From positions 87,430-151,429 of the forward strand of contig JBBIII010000003.1 in the NCBI GenBank assembly GCA_037446575.1: a stretch of DNA of 64,000 nt, given 5' to 3'. Positions 58,643 through 64,000 of the stretch are shown one piece after another (the first letter of the stretch is position 1; the number at the start of each line of letters is the position of its first letter). The notes under the pieces were generated by a model. That model was not told the DNA's origin, did no database searches, and saw only the letters and a program-made list of their open reading frames with translations. Origin of the DNA: Ignavibacteriales bacterium (GTDB lineage: Bacteria > Bacteroidota > Ignavibacteria > UBA10030). Both the position numbers and the translations under genes were made by a program.

Positions 58643-59316
58643 TTATTTTTATCCTCTAATGTATTTTGAGAAAATTCCCCTAAAATAGTTTCACCCGCCT
58701 TAGTTATTTCTCCGATTTTGACCTTAACTTCAACTGAAATTGGCACAAATACATCTAAACGTGAACCAAACTTAATCATGCCAAATCGCTCGCCTACTTT
58801 AACAACATCATCCTGTTTCAATGGGCATACTATACGGCGAGCTACAAACCCAGCAATTTGCTTGAACATAACTTTTCCATAGCTTCCTTCAATACCAACA
58901 ATCATCTGTTCATTTTTTTCGGACGCTTTATCTTCGAAAGCAGCAAAATACTCTCCTTTCACATAACGCGTATGTTTTACTTTGCCGGAAATCGGGTTAC
59001 GGTTAACATGAACATTTAATGGCGACATGAAAATACTAATTTGCCAAGATGGCGACTTAAGAAATTCATTTTCTTCGACTTGTTTTACAACAATAACCTT
59101 TCCATCAGCGGGCGATATAATTAGCTTCTCTCCATCTGGCGTTAAGCGTTCGGGATCACGGAAAAAATTTGTCGCAAAACCAAATAGCGCTAAAGAAAAA
59201 AATATTAGCAAATATTTGTAAGCTTTTGGTTCAATAAAAATTATTGCTATAACTATGGCAATTACGCAAATTGCCGCTATTGTAAAATAAACATCATAAC
59301 CATATTTAGTAATCAT
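58639..59316 (-). CDS. psd: phosphatidylserine decarboxylase proenzyme
   Basis: Short bacterial form. FGSR self-cleavage motif (KFGSRLDVFVP). Overlaps pssA by 4 nt. Confidence 0.8.
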   Translation of the reverse strand: MITKYGYDVYFTIAAICVIAIVIAIIFIEPKAYKYLLIFFSLALFGFATNFFRDPERLTPDGEKLIISPADGKVIVVKQVEENEFLKSPSWQISIFMSPLNVHVNRNPISGKVKHTRYVKGEYFAAFEDKASEKNEQMIVGIEGSYGKVMFKQIAGFVARRIVCPLKQDDVVKVGERFGMIKFGSRLDVFVPISVEVKVKIGEITKAGETILGEFSQNTLEDKNK

Positions 59317-59319
59317 ATA

Positions 59320-60204
59320 TTAACCTTTTACTTGTCCGGCAGCATGATAAGAGCTTCGCACTAATGGACCAGACTCAACATGCCGAAAACCCATTTTTAT
59401 TCCTTCATCTTTTAATATTTTAAATTCATTAGGATGAACATATCTATCAACAGGAAGATGAGCTTTTGTCGGCTGTAAATATTGACCTAGTGTTATAATA
59501 TCACATCCAACTAAGCTAACATCTTTCATTACATCTAAAATTTCCTCAGTTTTTTCCCCAATTCCAAGCATTAATCCAGTTTTTGTTATAAAACCTTTTT
59601 TCTTGGCTCTTTCGAGAACCTCTAACGACTGTTTATAATTTGCTTGCGGACGCACAGTTCTATATAAACGTGGGACAGTCTCTAAATTATGATTCAAAAT
59701 ATCAGGTTTTTCAGAGAGGACAATATTGAGAGCTTCCTCGCTTCCTTTGAAATCAGGAATTAATACTTCAACTTTACAGTTAGGCACACGCTCATGTATT
59801 AATCTAATGGTCTCGGCGAAAATTGGAGCGCCTCCATCTTTTCGATCATCGCGAGTAACAGATGTGATAACGGCATGACTAATTTTCATCAACACAACAG
59901 CTTCAACTACTCTTTGTGATTCGTCCCAATCTAAATCATAATCTGGTATTCCGGTTTTTATCGCACAAAATCCACATGACCTGGTGCAAACATCACCAAG
60001 TATTATAAAAGTCGCAACGCCCGAATTCCAACACTCCCCCAAGTTAGGACAACGAGCTTCTACACATACTGTGTTCAATCGATTCGTACGTACTAAATCA
60101 TCTATTTTTGCATATTCACTACCCGAAGGTATTCTTGCCTTAAGCCAATGCGGACGTTTAGTGTGAACGATTTTTACTTCTTCTTGTGTTTCCAAGTCCA
60201 TCAA
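59320..60204 (-). CDS. lipA: lipoyl synthase
   Basis: Radical-SAM CxxxCxxC (CTRSCGFC) plus the N-terminal auxiliary cluster cysteines (CEEARCPNLGEC). Confidence 0.9.
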   Translation of the reverse strand: MMDLETQEEVKIVHTKRPHWLKARIPSGSEYAKIDDLVRTNRLNTVCVEARCPNLGECWNSGVATFIILGDVCTRSCGFCAIKTGIPDYDLDWDESQRVVEAVVLMKISHAVITSVTRDDRKDGGAPIFAETIRLIHERVPNCKVEVLIPDFKGSEEALNIVLSEKPDILNHNLETVPRLYRTVRPQANYKQSLEVLERAKKKGFITKTGLMLGIGEKTEEILDVMKDVSLVGCDIITLGQYLQPTKAHLPVDRYVHPNEFKILKDEGIKMGFRHVESGPLVRSSYHAAGQVKG

Positions 60205-60396
60205 TTTATTTCTTTAAAATCTAACATATCAAGATACAGCTTTGCACTTACAAAAAATTGATACCTTAAGTTGCAAATGTAATTTCTTTTTTTCGAATAT
60301 CCGCTTCATTTCAAGGACTATTCTAATATACTAAAACGATAGTTCATAATCTCGCTTGTGCCCGCTTCGTCAGAGATATTAAAATGAGACAAAGTA

Positions 60397-61092
60397 TTAA
60401 TGTTCAGTATGTTCCAAAATCATTCTTAAAAAATCATTTTTATTTATTACAGAAATTTCGACTTTAAAAACTTCACTAAAAGATTTTATAATTGTTTCTT
60501 TTACAACAGCTAATTGAATTTCTTTGCCTTTTAAGCTCTTTAAAGATGTAACACCTTTATGGAAAATTCCGCATGGAATTATTCTTTCGAATTTTGTTAA
60601 ATCAGTATTTACATTTAAAGCAAAACCGTGCATAGTAATCCATCTACTAATTTTAATTCCAATTGCGGCTATTTTTTCACCCATTACCCATACTCCTGTT
60701 AATCCTTCCTCTCTATATGCCGTTACACCATACTCTCCTAAAGCAATTATAATAACTTCTTCTAATTTTCTTAAATACCAATGAATATCTTGTTTATAAT
60801 TTAAGAGATTGAGAATTGGATATGCAACGATTTGACCCGGTCCGTGATACGTTATATCGCCGCCTCTATCAACTTTAAACGTATCAATTCCCCGTTCGAT
60901 TAGTTCAACGTTTGTTGCAAGCAGATGTGCTTCATCGCTACTTTTACCGAGTGTATATACATGCTCATGCTCGGTAAGAATTAAAATGTCTTTAATCTGT
61001 TCTGATTGGCGCAAAGCAAAAAGCTTCTGTTGTAATTCCCACGCATAAGCATATTTAGTGAGTCCAATATCTGAAACAAGCAATTTTTTCAA
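60397..61092 (-). CDS. lipB: octanoyltransferase LipB
   Basis: KVDRGGDITYHGPGQIVAYPIL and the catalytic Cys in IPCG. Confidence 0.8.
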   Translation of the reverse strand: MKKLLVSDIGLTKYAYAWELQQKLFALRQSEQIKDILILTEHEHVYTLGKSSDEAHLLATNVELIERGIDTFKVDRGGDITYHGPGQIVAYPILNLLNYKQDIHWYLRKLEEVIIIALGEYGVTAYREEGLTGVWVMGEKIAAIGIKISRWITMHGFALNVNTDLTKFERIIPCGIFHKGVTSLKSLKGKEIQLAVVKETIIKSFSEVFKVEISVINKNDFLRMILEHTEH

Positions 61093-61113
61093 AGCTTCTC
61101 ATTTCAAGAAATT

Positions 61114-62508
61114 TTATATATGAATTGCCGAATCAAACGCCTGGCCAGCGGCTTCCATCACTGCTTCGGAAAGCGTAGGATGCGCATGCATAGTGTGGCT
61201 AATTTCTTCCCAAGTGGTTTCTAATGTTTTAGCTATTCCGAGCTCTGCGATCATTTCTGTCGCTTCGGCACCTATAATGTGAGCGCCAAGTAATTCTCCA
61301 TACTTTTCATCAAAAATTAGTTTGACGATTCCCTCTGTTTCGCCAATTGCCATCGCTTTTCCAAGCGGTCGGAATGGAAACCGACCTATTTTTATTTTAT
61401 AACCTTGGGCATTTGCCGCTTCTTCCGTTAATCCTACGCTTGCAACTTGCGGCTGGCAATAAGTGCAACTTGGAATATTGGTTTTATCAATTCCCTGTTT
61501 TGTTTTCCCAGCAATATGATTGACTGCAACAATTCCTTCGTGAGATGCGACATGAGCAAGCAAAGGTGGTCCGGCAACATCGCCTATAGCGTAAATGCTA
61601 TCAATATTTGTTTTTCCAAATTCGTTAACTAAGATAAATCCTTTTTCCGTTCTAATACCGACGGCTTCTAAGCCAATATTTTCTATATTTGCCTGAACTC
61701 CAACTGCCATCAGCGCTACATCTGACGAAATTTCTTTACGTTCATCCTTTTCTATTATTGTTGCCGTAACATTTTCAGCAGCTATAATGCTCTCTACTTT
61801 TGAATTGGTCAATATTTCAATTCCTGATTTCTTAAGACTCGCTTCAAGAATCTTAGATATCTCTCTATCTTCAAATGGTAATATTGCCGGAAGCATTTCA
61901 ATAATAGTAACCTTAGTTCCAAACGAATTATAGAAATAAGCAAACTCTACGCCAATTGCTCCGCCGCCAATTATTATCAACGATTTCGGCTGTTCCGAAA
62001 GCGTCATTGCCTCTGAACTTGATATAATCTTTTTCCGATCTATTGCAACGCCCGGAATTGAACGCGGTCTGCCTCCCGTTGCTAAAATAATATGTTTAGA
62101 TTTTATTGAATCTAATAATTTTCCATCTTTGTACACCTCAATTGAATTTTTATCCGCTAACTTTGCCGTTCCTGCAATAAGTTCTATTTTATTTTTTTTA
62201 ACCAAATATTCTATGCCTTTAGAAATTCTATCAGCAACGCCTCTGCTTCGCGTAATTATTTTGGCAAAATCGTAAGATAATCCGGTATGATTTATTCCAT
62301 ATTCATGCGATTTTTTAAAAGCATTATATAATTCTGCGCTTTTAAGCAACGCTTTTGATGGAATACATCCCCAATTTAGACAAACGCCCCCAAGTTTATC
62401 TTTTTCAATTAAACCGACTTTTATTCCTAACTGCGCGGCTCGTATAGCGGCAACATAACCGCCAGGTCCGCCGCCTATTATTGTCAAGTCAAGTTGTTTT
62501 TCCGCCAT
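61114..62508 (-). CDS. lpdA: dihydrolipoyl dehydrogenase
   Basis: FAD motif GGGPGGYVAA. Redox-active disulfide GGVCLNWGCIPSK. C-terminal HAHPTLSE. Confidence 0.9.
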   Translation of the reverse strand: MAEKQLDLTIIGGGPGGYVAAIRAAQLGIKVGLIEKDKLGGVCLNWGCIPSKALLKSAELYNAFKKSHEYGINHTGLSYDFAKIITRSRGVADRISKGIEYLVKKNKIELIAGTAKLADKNSIEVYKDGKLLDSIKSKHIILATGGRPRSIPGVAIDRKKIISSSEAMTLSEQPKSLIIIGGGAIGVEFAYFYNSFGTKVTIIEMLPAILPFEDREISKILEASLKKSGIEILTNSKVESIIAAENVTATIIEKDERKEISSDVALMAVGVQANIENIGLEAVGIRTEKGFILVNEFGKTNIDSIYAIGDVAGPPLLAHVASHEGIVAVNHIAGKTKQGIDKTNIPSCTYCQPQVASVGLTEEAANAQGYKIKIGRFPFRPLGKAMAIGETEGIVKLIFDEKYGELLGAHIIGAEATEMIAELGIAKTLETTWEEISHTMHAHPTLSEAVMEAAGQAFDSAIHI

Positions 62509-62742
62509 AATTATTTTTCCTATAAATAATTTTATTCAAATATAGATAGAAGAGTAACTAAAGGCAAAAAGTTATATCAATGTACTATTTATTAAACATA
62601 TAAATTTTCATACTAAGTTCCTATTTTAGACATTAAGACAGAGCATTGGGCACCTGAACAATCAAAATTATTTAATGAAAAAAATAAAATTTATGATTGC
62701 TTATTTTTTACTTTTACGGTAAGTTAAAATAAAAAATGATGG

Positions 62743-63204
62743 ATGGTTGAGGATAAATTAAGAGTTACAATTAGCAACCGAAAAGCGCGGCACGATTACC
62801 ATATTCTACAAACTATGGAAGCTGGAATTGCGCTAAAGGGCACTGAGGTAAAATCCTTGCGAAAAGGAAACGCTAATTTGCAGGATAGTTATGCCGAAGT
62901 GACTAAAGGCGAAGTGTGGCTCGAAGGTATGCACATAAGTCCGTATGAACAAGGTAATATCAATAACCACGAACCGCGACGTAAAAGAAAATTATTGCTT
63001 CAGAAAAAACAGATACGCAAATTAATTGGTGGTTTGAAAGAAAAAGGATTGACACTTGTTCCGCTATCCATATATTTTAAAGGTGCGTATGCTAAAGTTG
63101 AACTAGCTTTAGCCCGCGGTAAAAAAAGTTTTGATAAACGCGAAGCAATTGCTAAACGAGATGCAGATAGAGATATTGCACGAATTAAAAGGAGTAAAAT
63201 ATAA
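62743..63204 (+). CDS. smpB: SsrA-binding protein
   Basis: ISNRKARHDYHI...GTEVKSLR. Canonical SmpB. Confidence 0.9.
   Translation: MVEDKLRVTISNRKARHDYHILQTMEAGIALKGTEVKSLRKGNANLQDSYAEVTKGEVWLEGMHISPYEQGNINNHEPRRKRKLLLQKKQIRKLIGGLKEKGLTLVPLSIYFKGAYAKVELALARGKKSFDKREAIAKRDADRDIARIKRSKI

Positions 63205-64000
<796 letters not shown>

Overview
This 64 kb window is an AT-rich (judged by eye, not computed), densely packed bacterial chromosomal segment, consistent with a low-GC member of the FCB group or a similar lineage. I cannot assign a taxon. The ORF track treats GTG and TTG as start codons, so several starts were re-examined by hand. From 1 to 34.8 kb there is an almost unbroken run of minus-strand housekeeping genes: hprK, hpf, xerC/D, topA, smg, ybeY, ctpA, lysS, malQ, rluB, scpAB, trpS, aroC, htrA, recO, mtnA, comEC, dtd and prmC. 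A plus-strand block follows: a tRNA-Gln(CUG)/tRNA-Glu(CUC) pair, a GH38 alpha-mannosidase, tRNA-Gln(UUG), and then prs, rplY(ctc), pth, rpsF, rpsR, rplI and nrnA. After that comes a second minus-strand block (NUDIX, ndk, sucD, gatA, tatA, purQS, pssA, psd, lipA, lipB, lpdA), and finally smpB and the 5' part of tyrS on the plus strand. I found no rRNA, no CRISPR array and no clear mobile element. The most unusual feature is at 47.7-52.8 kb. It is two tandem three-gene cassettes (six minus-strand genes) encoding paralogous proteins with signal-anchor N-termini. They look like the minor (pseudo)pilin trio of type IV filament systems in the conserved order PilV/GspI-like, PilW/GspJ-like, PilX/GspK-like. 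Their leader peptides are non-canonical, and no assembly ATPase, platform protein, secretin or major pilin lies in the window. A second notable locus is a decayed remnant of a korAB (2-oxoacid:ferredoxin oxidoreductase) operon just downstream of the rplI terminator. Smaller observations are listed below: a probable AUU-initiated secreted protein, lysine-rich tails on SucD and on a HARE-HTH-like protein, an orphan promoter-plus-terminator module ahead of tRNA-Gln(UUG), and a TAT-DUF362/polyferredoxin pair.
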